DNA of 62,463 nucleotides, counting the filler, from Choristocarpus tenellus KU-1152 (taxonomy: Eukaryota > Protista > Phaeophyceae): assembly GCA_964200185.2 (NCBI GenBank). It is 11 parts of 11 records of this genome, joined end to end, with 100 filler letters (N's around TTAATTAATTAA, not from the genome) between each part and the next. Parts side by side here need not be neighbours in the genome. Positions count along the whole stretch, not along the records: positions 25,595 to 29,234 come from CAXNAD020018791.1; positions 29,335 to 33,251 come from CAXNAD020017159.1; positions 33,352 to 35,940 come from CAXNAD020026496.1; positions 36,041 to 38,547 come from CAXNAD020027226.1; positions 38,648 to 41,875 come from CAXNAD020021400.1; 6 more parts are not named here. One strand, written 5' to 3'. The translations under genes and the position numbers were made by a program. Shown piece after piece: positions 25,873 through 39,015 of the stretch; within the stretch, counting starts at the first letter, position 1, and every line of letters starts with the position of its first letter. The notes under the pieces are model-generated. The model saw only the letters and a list, made by a program, of their open reading frames with translations, had not been told where the DNA came from and searched no databases.

Positions 25873-27054
25873 TTTTTTCCTTCTCCTTTTCTTTTTCTTT
25901 TGTCCCTTCCTCCTCTCCACTGTCACCCCCTTTATCTTCCCCCTCCTTGGCCCCCTTTGCAATCTCTCTTTCCTCTCTAGTTTGCATGGCTGCCATGGCG
26001 ACCAGTTCTCGTGCCTTACGTTCCTGCATCGGGATGGATATATTAGGGATATTAGGGTTAGGGATATTAGGGGGAGACATGATTCGATTGGAAAATAAAT
26101 ATTGTCAGGTCAATTAAAAACATCATACATTGGACAGAACAGGTAAATATTTCCTTTGGTACAATATGTAGCAATATGGTAATATTTGGGATCGAAAGGA
26201 GGTTGGTAGGGGGGCAGGGCGGGGGAGTGACGTCAACAATTACCATAAAAAATATAATAACTTTTGTAGGTAGCAGGAAATACTGGACACTTTCTTGGTT
26301 TCATTCGCAGTCCATTTTGTCGGTGTGCTCATGCACACATTTCTATACAGGATGTATTCCAACACATAGGAGGGAGGGGGGGCTTTGCAGAGGACACTAA
26401 GAGATGAATATTGTGATGGGGTTGACTCTAAGATAACTTATGCAATTTACTTGGAATTGGATTGTGTGTACCAGCTGTAAGATACAATTCCATGTCTGAA
26501 TAAACATTCACAGATATATATATATATGTATAAATAAGTACAGGTACAGTATTTTATTGGCGCTTCCTAACAAACACACATAGCCAAAATTACATCCAAA
26601 TCACAACAGTGGATTTTGGACCCCAAACGGACGCGGCTCTACCCTCTAAGATAATTTGACTCGTACTTCTTCTATTCAGCACCTGTCAGAAAAATTGGTG
26701 CACTATAATACAAAACTGTGCAACATCACAAAAAAAAAAATAGTCCTCACAATTTTTGGCTTCTTTTTTACCCCTCTTAATACACAAATAGTGCAGCCGA
26801 TTCAAACAACTGATATCTCCTGCAAACACACCTTCACACCTTTCCTATAGAACCGTACATTCCAACCATGATAGAGAGATACCAAATAGGAAACCTTTGT
26901 TACACAGCGGCAAGGTCAAAGCCAGCCTTGCCTTCTCTCCCTTGGCAGCCCTCTTGGTCTCCTCCTCCTTCTCCTTCTCCCTCCTCTGGGCCTCCTTGAT
27001 CTTTCGCTGCAGGTCCTGCTTGCGATCATCCTCAATCTTCTTGTCTCTCTCCGC
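25815..27054 (-). CDS. Internal exons of a highly charged protein with EK and RD dipeptide repeats (composition like splicing-associated proteins); partial
   Basis: Exon 27054-26932 (AERDKKIEDDRKQDLQRKIKEAQRREKEKEEETKRAAKGEK, GC donor AAG|GCAAGG) joins in phase 0 to 26023-25815 (ERKARELVAMAAMQ...KSRDRDRDRDRDRDEERRRG, donor AG|GTGAGA). Confidence 0.65.
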
Positions 27055-29572
27055 CTGACCAAGGGTTACAAAATCCAATCGGTCACCACGGTAACGCATA
27101 ATGACATGTGGTAGGAAGGCGATACAACGGAAAGCTGCACTCAGAAAGTAGGAACACACACTTCTTAAGGTTAGGGTTAAGCACGCCGGTAAGACAGTAC
27201 TAGCAATTCAAAAACACACATTACTCATCACTCTTATTGACACACTTCGAGAGGAGACCTTGCGAGGGGGGGGGGCACCAGAATTCCATGCAAGAGTGCA
27301 TTTTGAAAAGGAGAGGGGGGGAGGGAGGGAGAGTGAGGGAACGATTCAAACTCTGAACGAACGCATTTCTCCGCCATAGGCGGAGAATGCATGCGCCTCA
27401 TCCCCTTCAATACAACCAATACAACATCAACCTCACCCGTCCTCTCGAAACAAAGCCTCTCACACCTCCTTCTGTCCTTTCTTCACTGCAGGCCCGTACA
27501 CACCAACTTCTCTTCAATCGGGCAGGACAGACTGGGGTACCGGGGTCGATTTTGATTGGTCCAAGTGGACTAGCTGCGATTTACTGACAACCCAACATCT
27601 CTAGATCGATCACACACATATATATTGTTTAATATTAAATCTCATCTCGTGCACACGCTTTCGATATTTCCTCAACAAAAAAAAAGAAATCACCTGAGAT
27701 GATGTGCGAACATACATGGACTGAAGGCTTACACATCAACCCTTACCCTCTAAAAAAAAATGTCGCTTCCTGGTAGGGCCCCCCTCACTACCTAGGGTCC
27801 TCAATACCTAGGGGGCCAACTTTCCCACGGCTAGGCCTCTCACCATTTTTTGAGCGTTAAATGCTTGCAGGTGTGTGCAATCACCCAGACAATCAATTGC
27901 GACGAGCTTGTGATACTCGAGAGCTGATCAATCGACCAGTCTTCCCAGAAAGATGCGTGTACATCCAAACGCCCCTAAGAAAATTCCACACTCCCCTGTC
28001 TCTTTCATTTTCACAAGCGGTAACCTTGAGAGAGACCACACCCCAACAATTCCATCCCTCCCTTCAACCATGTTCATTGATCTCTACCTGTCTTCTCCTT
28101 GAGCTACAACTATCCAGTCAAGAAGGGATGGGAAAATTTAATGACGCCATGGAGTCATACTGTCCAAGAAGAATATGATAAGGATCCCTACTGATAGAAA
28201 CAACCAAAAAATAGGTACAGCTTTGTAAATTCAAAATAGGTCCATCACTACAAATCGCATCATGTTAGTCATTCTCTCTACTGCAGTGACACCTCTGTTT
28301 TTGGGGTTCTTGCTCTTATTGTGCTTGCAAAATAGGGTGTTTGCACAGGCATTACTTAACAAAACGCCTGATATAAAAGTAAGATGATAAAAAACATTAG
28401 TACACCTCTCAGTTATCAATACCACAACAATACCAATTGTTGCAGCAACACTCCATGGCACTCCGTGGCAGACCACAAAAATATATATATGTATCACAGG
28501 CCTCAACACACACAACAAACACACCAACCTTCCATCACGGATGGTCAAACAGTCACTCTACCACAAGAGTGGATGATCATCAGGATCAGGACCATGATCA
28601 GGGCAGACAAGGCTTCACAATTTCCTTCTTCCTACAGTAAAAAAAACCCCACGAATCAAACAGAATCAATCTGTTTGCATTGTGTCGGGTAAACCTTCAC
28701 ACCCATATCCTCCTTGAGGGTTAGGGCTATACTACAATTAAAAAAATGAACAGAAAACTTCCAGCACAATCCCCTCTTCCACAAAAAGAAAAAGAAAAAA
28801 GGAATGACTCCTCGGTATACCCTAACCCTAACCCTAACCCTAACTACAGAATCAATGACTATCTCGCTCATCTTATAGGTAGTCAACCCTGCCAACTCAA
28901 TCTCTTCTCCTGAAAACGCCTGGAAAATAAATAAAAAATCGAGACATACATGGGAGCACCACTGATGACCCCAAAATCACCCCTCTTACTCCTGCCCGTG
29001 ACAAAGGAACATAATCAAACATAATCAAACATACAGCTTCCGCATGTAAGCCGTGGGACCGGGTCTCACACCTGGCATTCTCTGTTTCTCCTCTACTGAA
29101 GCATAAATGTTCTAGATTCGGTAAGGTCTGCAGTAAAATCAATAGCCATCTAACGTTCCCTGTGAATCAATTATTCAAATGTACAAACAAGTTAAAAAAA
29201 AAAAAGTTCAGGATTTTTGAGGGGGGAACGGGGGNNNNNNNNNNNNNNNNNNNNNNNNNNNNNNNNNNNNNNNNNNNNTTAATTAATTAANNNNNNNNNN
29301 NNNNNNNNNNNNNNNNNNNNNNNNNNNNNNNNNNGGGAGGGGGTCTGCACCAGGGTGTCCATTTCGATCATAACCAGGAAAGGTACACTTACCTTATCCA
29401 TCCGACGTGTGCAACCAAATCATCAAAAAATCCCCAAGATAAAAAAAATGGTCCCAAATGGACAGCCGCCACCCCCTCCCAGATACTTTGAGGCAAAAAC
29501 TGTCTGTCTTCTTGCATGCTACACCACCTTAATGATTATCTATTTGATCACAGTAGACCCAAGAATACCCTA

Positions 29573-29655
29573 ACTATCTAACCTACATACCTACCTATCT
29601 ACCTACCTACCTACCTACCTACCTACCTACCTACCTACCTACCTAGCCAGCTACC
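29573..29655. repeat. (CTAC)n microsatellite
   Basis: Long ctac/ctat run. Confidence 0.9.
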
Positions 29656-29726
29656 CTAGTATGTCGATGTTGATATTTTAGATGTGCTCTAGAGTCGCGT
29701 GTGTATGAAGTACCGATTTTAGAAAG

Positions 29727-30049
29727 TAGGAATTTTCACTGATGGGTAAAGTCACTGTACCATGCCCTGGGCTGGCCACGGTAAGGTGTGATTATCAGGA
29801 CAAGTCCCAGGCCATCAGAGATGTAAAACCGGATGGGATGCAGGTTGGCGTTGGTGAAATATATTTTAACAAGGCTGGTCTAGGACTGTCTCAGATTTTA
29901 ACTGGTTTGGGTCATGGGCCAACCCTGGCGAAATATCGTTTAATGGGGCTGGTCAGAGATATTGTAACGGAACCGGTCCGTGGGCTAGACTGTGGCCCCG
30001 GTCCTGAGAGCTGTTCTGGTTAACTGCCAGTTCTATGACGAAAGTCCTT
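29727..30049. mobile_element. Degenerate hAT-like MITE related to 6357-7023
   Basis: Decayed ends taggaattttc / gacgaaagtcctt, the same gggcc-rich motifs and a similar taactgcc..gaaagtcct end. Confidence 0.45.
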
Positions 30050-32161
30050 AACTGCCTGCTGTTGACATGTAAAAAACTTGTCATGAACTGAGCTGGAACA
30101 CATAGGGATAATTTGTTCTTTGGAGCTTTTATTTACGTATCCGTGCTTTATGAAGGCAGAAATGCAGTCTTGGTATGTGTATGATCACTGCTCCTGCTGT
30201 TGTGCTTCAAATGATCAAAATGAAATATTTTTCACCCTCTTGTCTCCCACTCCCCAGTCCAAATTATCTACAAAGGCTGATCTTGTTGGGCAGTGCAGCA
30301 CGAATCACTGAGAAAGCTGATTACATTCTTATAGTATACTCTACAATGTCAGCAATATACCTTATGCTGCCTTTTTCTAGAAAGCGGCGATCAGATGTTT
30401 CAAATGTTCAGTCCACACCTCGTTTCCTCCCAAATGCCCTATTTTGCTCACGTACACTCCACCTTTCTATCTGAGAAAAGCTCTAGGGTAATGCATGTTC
30501 TATGTACTAGTATGCTGCAGTGTATATAAGAAAGAAATCAAGGTCTCTCTCTATAATTCTCGGCATTTATTCCTTTTTGGATGAGTAAATTTCTGTATAT
30601 AGTTTCATATAGTTTCATTTTCTCTTCTATATTTTACTACAGAGTATCGATTTTTTTTCTTGTTTTCTTGTGCTATACTTGGTATTGAGTGTCTTACCAC
30701 GTGCCATGTCTGAGACCCGTTGGACTAGTTCGAAAATAACACAAAATGACGGTAGAAGGAGAAGAAGAGGCAACTAACCTCTCGAGTTGTACATCCAATC
30801 AATGCTAGAGCTTTCATTGTTGGAAGTGTGGATGTTAGTTTTGTTGTTTTGAATGAGAACTCAGTTTGATATAGTGGGGCATCTGAAATATGTTGTGAGG
30901 TTATATGGTAGTATAGTATAACGCCAAACATAACTAGGAGGAAATGCACTCCACTGTCCAAATATGACATTCAAAGCACTCTTGGACTGCATGTTGGTCC
31001 TTTACCATATGAATCGCCCAGGGATATACTAATATATTCGAAGGTATAGAAATATGCTAATGTAATTATATAAAGAAGGTCGCGTTTAGTTCAACTTGAA
31101 ATGGAACCAACAGCAGCATTTTTATTTTATTTTAATTTGTCCCAACAGCGATGTACCTTTTTAGTTTCTCGTATTCATCTTCAATCTCCAAATTTTTCAG
31201 GAAAAATATTTCGTAACAATTTGGAGCCTTTAATTTTCATCCTTGATGTCTCCACACTGTAGTGATTCCGGCTCCTCTCTTCCGAACTCCTATTTTACTC
31301 TTCTTTGCAGCTTGTCTACTCTACTCTACTCTACTCTACTTCATTTTAATGTTCGTTAGGGTTAGGGTTAGTATGCTCTGATGGAATGAATGAAGATAGG
31401 GCCGTTTTTAAAAAACGATCGCCCCTCTTTTGTTACTTTTTCTTGTTCATATTTGTACCATCTTTTGGGGGGTTTTCGAAGACATTTGACTGCGCCCTTG
31501 ACAAATCATTACTCGACAATCACCAGCCTGTGGTTTTTGGTCGATTGTGAAAAGGATGTGACCCAAAGGAAATTGACTCTCCTGCCATCTCATGCGCTGA
31601 TGAACTACCAGAGTGGTGTTTACCTCCCTCACCTACCTCTGTTACAAGGACTACTACTACCACCCTTAACGGTTGGGACCCTCACCTCGCCCCAGTTTGT
31701 TTTTTTGTTTTGACAATGACAGGGTTGATCACACATCTTCACCAACTTCTGCTCTGCAGACTTACCAAAAGAGTCAAGTTTGGGAAAAGTTTATTATTAT
31801 GTGAGAGTGTTGTTTGTTATGGTGTGCATGAGGCGCAGATATTGCAGGTAGACATTTTGATACGATATGGTAGTGTAATTGAGTGTATTGTGGGGTTCTC
31901 TATCTGTACAAGCGTTGCATGATAGTAGTGTTTGTTTCCCTGTGTATGTGTCTTGGTATTTTCCTTGGTGTGATATGTCTCTCATCTCTCTCTCTCTCTC
32001 TCTCTCTCTCTTGCCGTACTACGTTTCTGAGATTATTCTTCTTTCTATATTTTAGATCGATTAACTTGATAATGGTACAGGGAATGCGGCTTTGAACTGG
32101 ACTATTTGCGCGTCTATAGGAAGTCGTGTGAGTACGGGGCTGGTATACATCTCAGGAGTAT

Positions 32162-32421
32162 GAGTGAAAGTATCTTAGAGGGTACGAGTTTTGCCCTGTT
32201 TGTCCATTTTAACCTTGGCTTCCCACAGTATGACTTTTTTTATGACATTTTCCTACTCCAAAACTAGGTTAAAATGTATACGTTATGAAAATGTGTGTTC
32301 TGGAACAAGGATACTACAGACACTTCCCAAAAAACACGATAGTCAAAATTACGTCAAAATCGCAATATTGACTTTTGGCCCAAAAATGGACGCGGCTCTA
32401 CCCTCTAAGATACTTTGACTC
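32162..32421. mobile_element. MITE family A, full copy
   Basis: Near-perfect 23-bp TIRs gagtgaaagtatcttagagggta / taccctctaagatactttgactc; flanks share TAT. Confidence 0.9.
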
Positions 32422-32724
32422 TATTGCATGTCAGATGTCTCTCTGTCATGTTGGGGAGGATACATGTTGGGACTCCAGAGCTCAAGCCTTTTGTTTGAGT
32501 GTAATTGTAATTGGGAAGTGATGTCGACGTGATACTTGGTCAACATACACAAACCATGGAGAAAACACGGAAGCAACCCATCCAAACCACCCAGTGAAGC
32601 ATAGGTGTAAGATTCTCAGTCACAAATTGAAAGGATCAAATGAACCGAACTGTCTAGTCAATTCATACTCACACAAAGTACAAAAAAATCTATTGCTTCA
32701 AAATATATTTTACTCTCGCTGAAG

Positions 32725-32852
32725 GAGGCAATGGGAGTGACGGAGGGATTGCACCACAGACCATGAACCTAGCCACGATTGGAATATGCTGTGGGACAGC
32801 GATCTTGATGGTTATGGTTGGCATAGCTGCAGTGTTTGTTACGAGAAAATAA
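32725..32852 (+). CDS. Possible terminal exon encoding a C-terminal transmembrane anchor
   Basis: After ctctcgctgaag: GGNGSDGGIAPQTMNLATIGICCGTAILMVMVGIAAVFVTRK*. Candidate upstream exons (31554-32140) could not be phased unambiguously. Confidence 0.35.
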
Positions 32853-33087
32853 AATCAGAGTCACCAGGAGTCTACATTAAGGTGAGGGGTTAGAAGAGAT
32901 GAAGGGAAAGAATGACCGTTCTTATCAGGATCCGTGTTCTGGACACTCCTTTTCATAACGTAAACATTTTACTAACTCCGAATCATTTCAGAGTAGGTAA
33001 AATATCAATGAAAACCCGTGGGAAGCCAAGCCCCAAACGGAAAAACAGGTAAAAACTCGTACCCTCTAAGATACTTTCACTCATCCT

Positions 33088-33251
33088 CCACATCTGATGA
33101 CCAACCAGTGCGAATGCCCTTCGTCACTGATTGCCTGCCATCCCTCACATCTAATGACCAACCAGTGCGAATCCCTTCGCCACTGATTGCCTGCCATCCC
33201 CCACATTTGATGACCAACCAGTGCCAATCCCTTCGCCCCTCATTCCCTGCC
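33088..33251. repeat. ~57-bp minisatellite, 3 copies, runs into the gap
   Basis: cacatctgatgaccaaccagtgcgaatcccttcgccactgattgcctgccatccc repeated. Confidence 0.85.
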
Positions 33252-36200
33252 NNNNNNNNNNNNNNNNNNNNNNNNNNNNNNNNNNNNNNNNNNNNTTAAT
33301 TAATTAANNNNNNNNNNNNNNNNNNNNNNNNNNNNNNNNNNNNNNNNNNNNATGACCCAAATTGACACCCTGGTGCAGACCCCCTCCCCCCCCCCAGATA
33401 TTTTAGGCCACATCTCCCTTACCAATAACACCAATCATGCTACTTCGAAGTATGATACTTCGAAAATATGCATCATGCATACTCAACTTTTTTTTTCTCC
33501 AGTGCCGTACCAACTCCTTCCATCCACAAAGATCAGCAGGGTCTTCAAGACAACAAAAAATTGTACCGAATCTACCAGAAGAGATTAGGCAGGTTAGCAC
33601 TAAAATATCTATTTTTTTTATTGCCCTTTGAAGTTTTTCGTATGTGTCATGGAAAAAGTCAAACCAATATCACAAGGACCCTTGTAAAAGTATTTATTGT
33701 CGTAAGTGTGAAATATATCTCTCTAAATCTATTTGCTGTATGAATACCAGGTATACTACACTCCTTTAAAGCTTGGAAATTGCAATGTTATGTGTACATT
33801 GCTGCTATGCCTCCAACCTAGCTTAGTCCTACACTGAGCGAGGAGCTAGGGAAGCATTCAAAGAGTCTGCCCCCCTTTGCCCACCTGCCTGGTGTCCCCA
33901 GCTTGAAATGCAAGACACGTCTGGAGAGAGAACACACAGAAGAGGGAAGTACGTACCACCAAAAAATCGGCAGTGCGTCGACTTTGAGAACAAACCGGCC
34001 AACGTATTGATGGAAATGTGTTTCGTTTTAAGATAATCTGCCAAGACACAATATACTGATGACTGTATAATGTCAACACTGCAAAACGTCATCGGTTTCT
34101 TTCACAGTCATACCATTACTCTTACTAATTCTCCACTCACTTCCCTGACTCAGATGCAGCAAGGGAGCAAAAAGCTAGAAATACCGTACAGCTGTCTCAC
34201 CTCAAGAAGGGAACAACATGGATTCCATCCTTTCATCCTACAGCAGCAGATAGAAGGTGCACATTCACCAAAAACATGTCAAAATAGCAATCGATTATGC
34301 AGGACACTTTGTACCTACATTATATTTCACTGAAAGCCTGGCACTGTGGTAAACAAGCCGAAGAAGGGTGTGGATTAAGACTGACCAATCGTGGGACTCT
34401 CTTCCTTGTGGTGTAGAGCTAACACCTGTCAGTTTATTAACCTTACCGATTTAAACTTTTGAAGAACGTCAGAGGAAAAAAAGAACAGACCAACATAAAT
34501 AGAGGATTTGGGATTCGAGGCCCGCGTCAAATGCATCCTCTGTAACAAGCTTGTGTCAGCAGGGACGGCAAATGTAGCAAATCCACAAATAAACACCCAG
34601 TGATCCCTAAGCAGTGAGTAAATCCTGATCACTGCATCTCTCATTTGCCAATGAACGGGAGGACACGATAGAGGATCCCTTAACCCCCAAAGGGCAGCAG
34701 TCGGAATCAGCTGGAGGAGTCCCAACAACGTGTTTTGCAACATTTATATAATACCGTTTTCCTAGATCTCTACTGCTGGATGATCAGTTGACAAGCAAAG
34801 AGAAAAATTGTTCAACTCTACACCAAAAATAGAGCTCGTCGGGGCAGGGCTTCCTCAAGGGAGAGGAAAGTGGCAATAATAGATATACTCGACGTCCCTC
34901 TGATTCTCAGTGTTGTAGTGTACCATAGTAGATGTGGAAGAACTCCAACAGGACGGGAGGGGGTGCAGTGATAACTACTTTCACACCTCTCCCCACTATA
35001 ATAACACAAGGTCAGGCCACCGCACACGCCCTAAAAGTGACAAGCACCAAGAGCTCTATCAAACCCGTCAAACGTATCTAAGCGAGCAACCAGTTTATCC
35101 AGGTACAACGAGAATGAGGACCAGCGAAAGCACACCTGGTGTAGAAAAAAAGAAAAAACTATTTTAGTGATACTAAGACAATATTAAAGGTATACCCTCC
35201 CTCATCAACTCTTCCCACTCTCTCCTCACTGGCACCTCTCCAAGACCCAACTCGACCCCCCACACAGACAAAAATAAAAATAAAATCGCTAATTTTTACG
35301 CTCTTGTTTGGGCGCATGATCTCCAAACGGAACATACATATATATATATATATAATATATATATATACGTATGAATTTTCACACCTTCTGAGTGACTGAC
35401 TCGAGTTCAAAATAAAGAAAAATAAAAGGGGCAACATAAAGACGGTTTTGTGACCTGGAGATCATAGTACCTACAGGATTGTTTTTTTTCCGCTCACCAA
35501 TATTGTCTGAAACAGACTTTTTTTTTTTTTCTAACAATGCCTGAAAGAAGAAAAAATAACACCGCAAAAAAAAGGTAGCTAGCTGCCTTCTCAATCACGC
35601 TGTCTGAAGAGCATATGCATACACACACACACACACTCAAATATCCTGCCGACCTCATTCCCCCCCCTGCTTGCACAGTAACATGGCGCGACGATAAAAG
35701 CCCTTTTTCTTTTCTGAAAAAAAAACACCAATGAGAGAGCAAGGAGGTAGACTCGGCTGAGTGAAGCAACTGCCGTCATCGGTGAAGGCGACTCTTAGTT
35801 TGGTGCCTTTCTAGTGTCATTGCCACTATGTTCAATACTTGAGAATATCCTTCATCTGACTGTACCACGGGCCAACTCCTGTTTGTTCAAGCACCTCCCT
35901 GAAGGATCAAAGCATAGCATTATTCCATCGGAGTGGGGGGNNNNNNNNNNNNNNNNNNNNNNNNNNNNNNNNNNNNNNNNNNNNTTAATTAATTAANNNN
36001 NNNNNNNNNNNNNNNNNNNNNNNNNNNNNNNNNNNNNNNNGGCAATCTGACTCTGATGATATTCTGTGACCCTTGGGAAAGTTTTCCCAGGTTAAGCAAG
36101 GATATTTGTTGACCTGTATTGGGGCTAGTTGGAGTTATATACATATATATATATATATTTTATAAAAGTGTATACCCTTATCTGGTCAGACATATATTGA

Positions 36201-36292
36201 TCTTGACTGTGCCTTACGACGTTTGAGGATCTGTTCTCAATGGAGATGAGGGGATTGTTGATCATCGTTGGAATCCATGGGTTAATTTGGAT

Positions 36293-36388
36293 CTGGAGTA
36301 CCTATGTTGGAGAAAACAGGCAGAGTTGGAACTGGAGTCCCTAAGTTGGAAAAAAACTGGCAGAGTCGGAACTGAAGCCCCTATGTTA
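36293..36388. repeat. ~39-bp tandem repeat, about 2.5 copies
   Basis: ctggagt-cct-(t/a)gttgga-aaaac-ggcagagt-ggaa repeated. Confidence 0.7.
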
Positions 36389-37184
36389 CCAAAGGGCAAT
36401 TATGCATGCCACCGTAGTATAATCTAAGGTGATGGGTATTAATTATCCAGATAATGATTATTGCCTGTGGTAAGCATGAAACAGGTAGACTCTGCATGGA
36501 ACAAAGGATAGCAGAAGTTGGAATCATGCAGTAACCCACATCAGAACAGGTAACAATTTATGTAAAATGTTTTGATTTTTTTTTGCCATTTTGTATTTTT
36601 TAATATTTTTCTGTGTACATCAGGTACCTGATCCCCCTTATTCCATGGATTTTTTTTCCCCCTTTTCTTTTATGTTATTCTTTTGTTTTATTCTTGGATT
36701 TTCTGGGGGGGGGTTTTTCCATTTTTTTTTAAATCTATCCCTTGCTTAACTCTTTTTTTTCTCCTCTTGTCCGAACAGGTACCTGATCCCCTTAATTCCT
36801 TGTTTTGTTCTGTCTTCATTTTTTTTTCTCTTTTTGTTATTGCTGATGCTGGTGTTATTGCCTGTCTTACGCACTAGCAGCCGTGAGAATGCTTCGTGGT
36901 TGGGGGGCAAGAGACAGGCAGAAATCAGATTATACTTGGCACCTTAGGGTAACTGTACTTTAGAAAGAGTAGATATATACTCTGATTAGGTTATTTGCAG
37001 ACAGATTTCTCCACGTAGATAGAGATATATGTTTTGGACATATTAGAAGTTAGGTATTTTTCCTTCTTTCTTTCTCCTTGCCACTGGATGATCTGAGGTG
37101 AACGAAGATATCTAATACCTTCACCTGTGACAATCACCTGTGGTAAGTGTGAAACATGTATTGCTAGTTCATGCTGGGGGGCAT

Positions 37185-37701
37185 GTTACAGGCGAATAGC
37201 GCGAGAATTTCTTTCTGCCTGCCAAAATGAGCGAACAGTATACATACGTGAAATTCATGCAAGAGGAACTTTGAATTGATAGAAGATGCAGAGTATTAAT
37301 TAGAAATATACATGCAAGAGGAACTTTGAATTGATAGAAGATGCAGAGTATTAATTAGAAATATACATAATCTCACAGAATAGATGTCAAGTCTTGAAAG
37401 TTGCAGAATAAAGATTTATGATTGAAGCGTCTACATAGTAGGTTGCAGACTTCATTTAACTCTTTGGCTGTAGGAAAATGGTGGATGAAAGTTCATAAAA
37501 GACTGAAGGCTTTCCACAACTCGCAGTTCTTTTTGATGTACCTCTTTTGATAAAGCGAAAAGCGAGACATTGACTGATCTAAGCATCAACTGACACCGTA
37601 CGTGGCTATCATCTGTGGACCCCCCTCGTAGCGTCGTTTTTAAGGTCATTGGATTTGAGTTGCTTATCCTGTGCAGGTGAGTTCTGAGGGGCGCGTGTAA
37701 C
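37185..37701 (+). mobile_element. Family C transposon copy, with an internal ~55-bp tandem duplication at ~37257-37366
   Basis: gttacaggcgaatagcgcgagaatttctttctg ... ggcgcgtgtaac; flanks GGGCAT / AGACGT are diverged. Confidence 0.7.
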
Positions 37702-38490
37702 AGACGTGCCAGAACTAGTGGAGAGACAGAGGAAGGATCCCTTCCTGGGCAGCATAAGAGGCATCCTTAAGGGCCAGAAACATTGGAGGACCACACTAGA
37801 TTCTGGAACAGGGAGTATAGACGTGGAATCGTATTCTCTAGATGACAAAGAATTGTTACAGCGCGCCCTAGAACTCACTTCCACAGGATGTTTAACTCAA
37901 ACCCAACGACCTTAAAACAATGCCATGGGGACATTGCCTTTGATAACAGTTTGTTGGGTGTCAGACAGCCTTCTATTCATACTCCACTCAGTGCTTAGCT
38001 CAACGCTCATTCCAATGTTTCATTCAAGATAAAAAAAAAGACTGTTTTAAGAGGGGTGATGGTCTTGACCAAAAGCCCTGTTATTATTCTCATCATCCAC
38101 CCAATTTATTTGGTCTTCTATGCAACTGCTGTATACGTACTCCAATCATAAACCTTTATTCTGTAACTTCTTAGGAACTTTGACGTTTTCTTCGGTAATG
38201 CTACGTATTAATTACGAATCTTACTCTGTATCATCTAGGGAATCAGCATTTACTCTATAAGGCGATCTATGTGCTACTAATCTTGTATACTGCTCGCGTT
38301 TGTTAGAACGCGAGAAGAAACGATTGTGCTATTCGCCTGTAACAGAATTGCTGTGGTACATTCATGGAGAACACCCACCTAGGCTAGCAGTTCCTCGTTC
38401 CCTAGTCCCAGATATCACAGCACTAGTACATCTGCAGGGTAGCCACCAGGGAGTTGGCCGCACAGTAGCTCTAACTCAAAGAAACTTTGT
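37702..38490 (+). mobile_element. Ty3/Gypsy pol relic (region before and including the integrase zinc-binding domain), split by a family C insertion
   Basis: ELVERQRKDPFLGSIRGILKG...YSLDDKEL joins to LWYIHGEHPPRLAVPRSLVPDITALVHLQGSHQGVGRTVALTQRNF (the H..H half of the H2C2 motif). Confidence 0.75.
37855..38343 (-). mobile_element. Family C transposon copy with a perfect 6-bp TSD AGAATT
   Basis: gttacagcgcgccc ... gctattcgcctgtaac; AGAATT at 37849-37854 and 38344-38349; excision restores the in-frame Gypsy peptide DKELLWY. Confidence 0.85.
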
Positions 38491-39015
38491 TAAGCTGTCC
38501 TTGATGATCTGTTGTCCCACACAACCAGTTATATTATTGTTTATTAGNNNNNNNNNNNNNNNNNNNNNNNNNNNNNNNNNNNNNNNNNNNNTTAATTAAT
38601 TAANNNNNNNNNNNNNNNNNNNNNNNNNNNNNNNNNNNNNNNNNNNNTGGTGTGGTGGGTTGGGTTTTTGGGGTGGGGGGGGGGGGGGGGGGGGGGGAAG
38701 CGTATTTAAGAGGACGTCGTTTCGTAATTGTTTTTCGCAACGAATACCTTCGACGCAAATATTTACGACACATTCCAACGAAGAAATCAACCCTCTTATC
38801 TCTCACTTGCCCATCCACACCTCAGACACTAGGGTAGAGCGGAGAACGTTGACACAAATAGATGTGTCTAAAAGTTGGTTATTCGTAGCAAGATAAAAAA
38901 CCACCTATAAAAACAATTTTCTATGTGACACGCCTCGACGTGTATTACAAACATCTCGGTGTTGGGTTCTTTTAAACTCAAGCAGCAGTAGTGGTTGTAC
39001 TGGAACTTCCCCAAC

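Noticed and set aside
28550-28925. Possible extra exons in contig 3, including an in-frame TGA near a Cys (selenocysteine idea)
   Set aside because: Frames cannot be phased consistently, the spacing is not UxxC, and no SECIS was identified.
32080-32140. ECGFELDYLRVYRK, resembling the GH16 C-terminal DYVRVY motif
   Set aside because: No EIDxxE catalytic motif was found and the upstream exon phases are ambiguous.
33500-35779. Possible multi-exon gene on the minus strand of contig 5 (MTAVASLSRVYLLALSL...; DYLKTKHISINTLAGLFSK...)
   Set aside because: Splice-like sites exist, but no consistent model or recognisable domain could be built.
36293-36388. 39-bp periodic repeat as a CRISPR-like array
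   Set aside because: Simple tandem units without unique spacers, in a eukaryotic retroelement-rich context.
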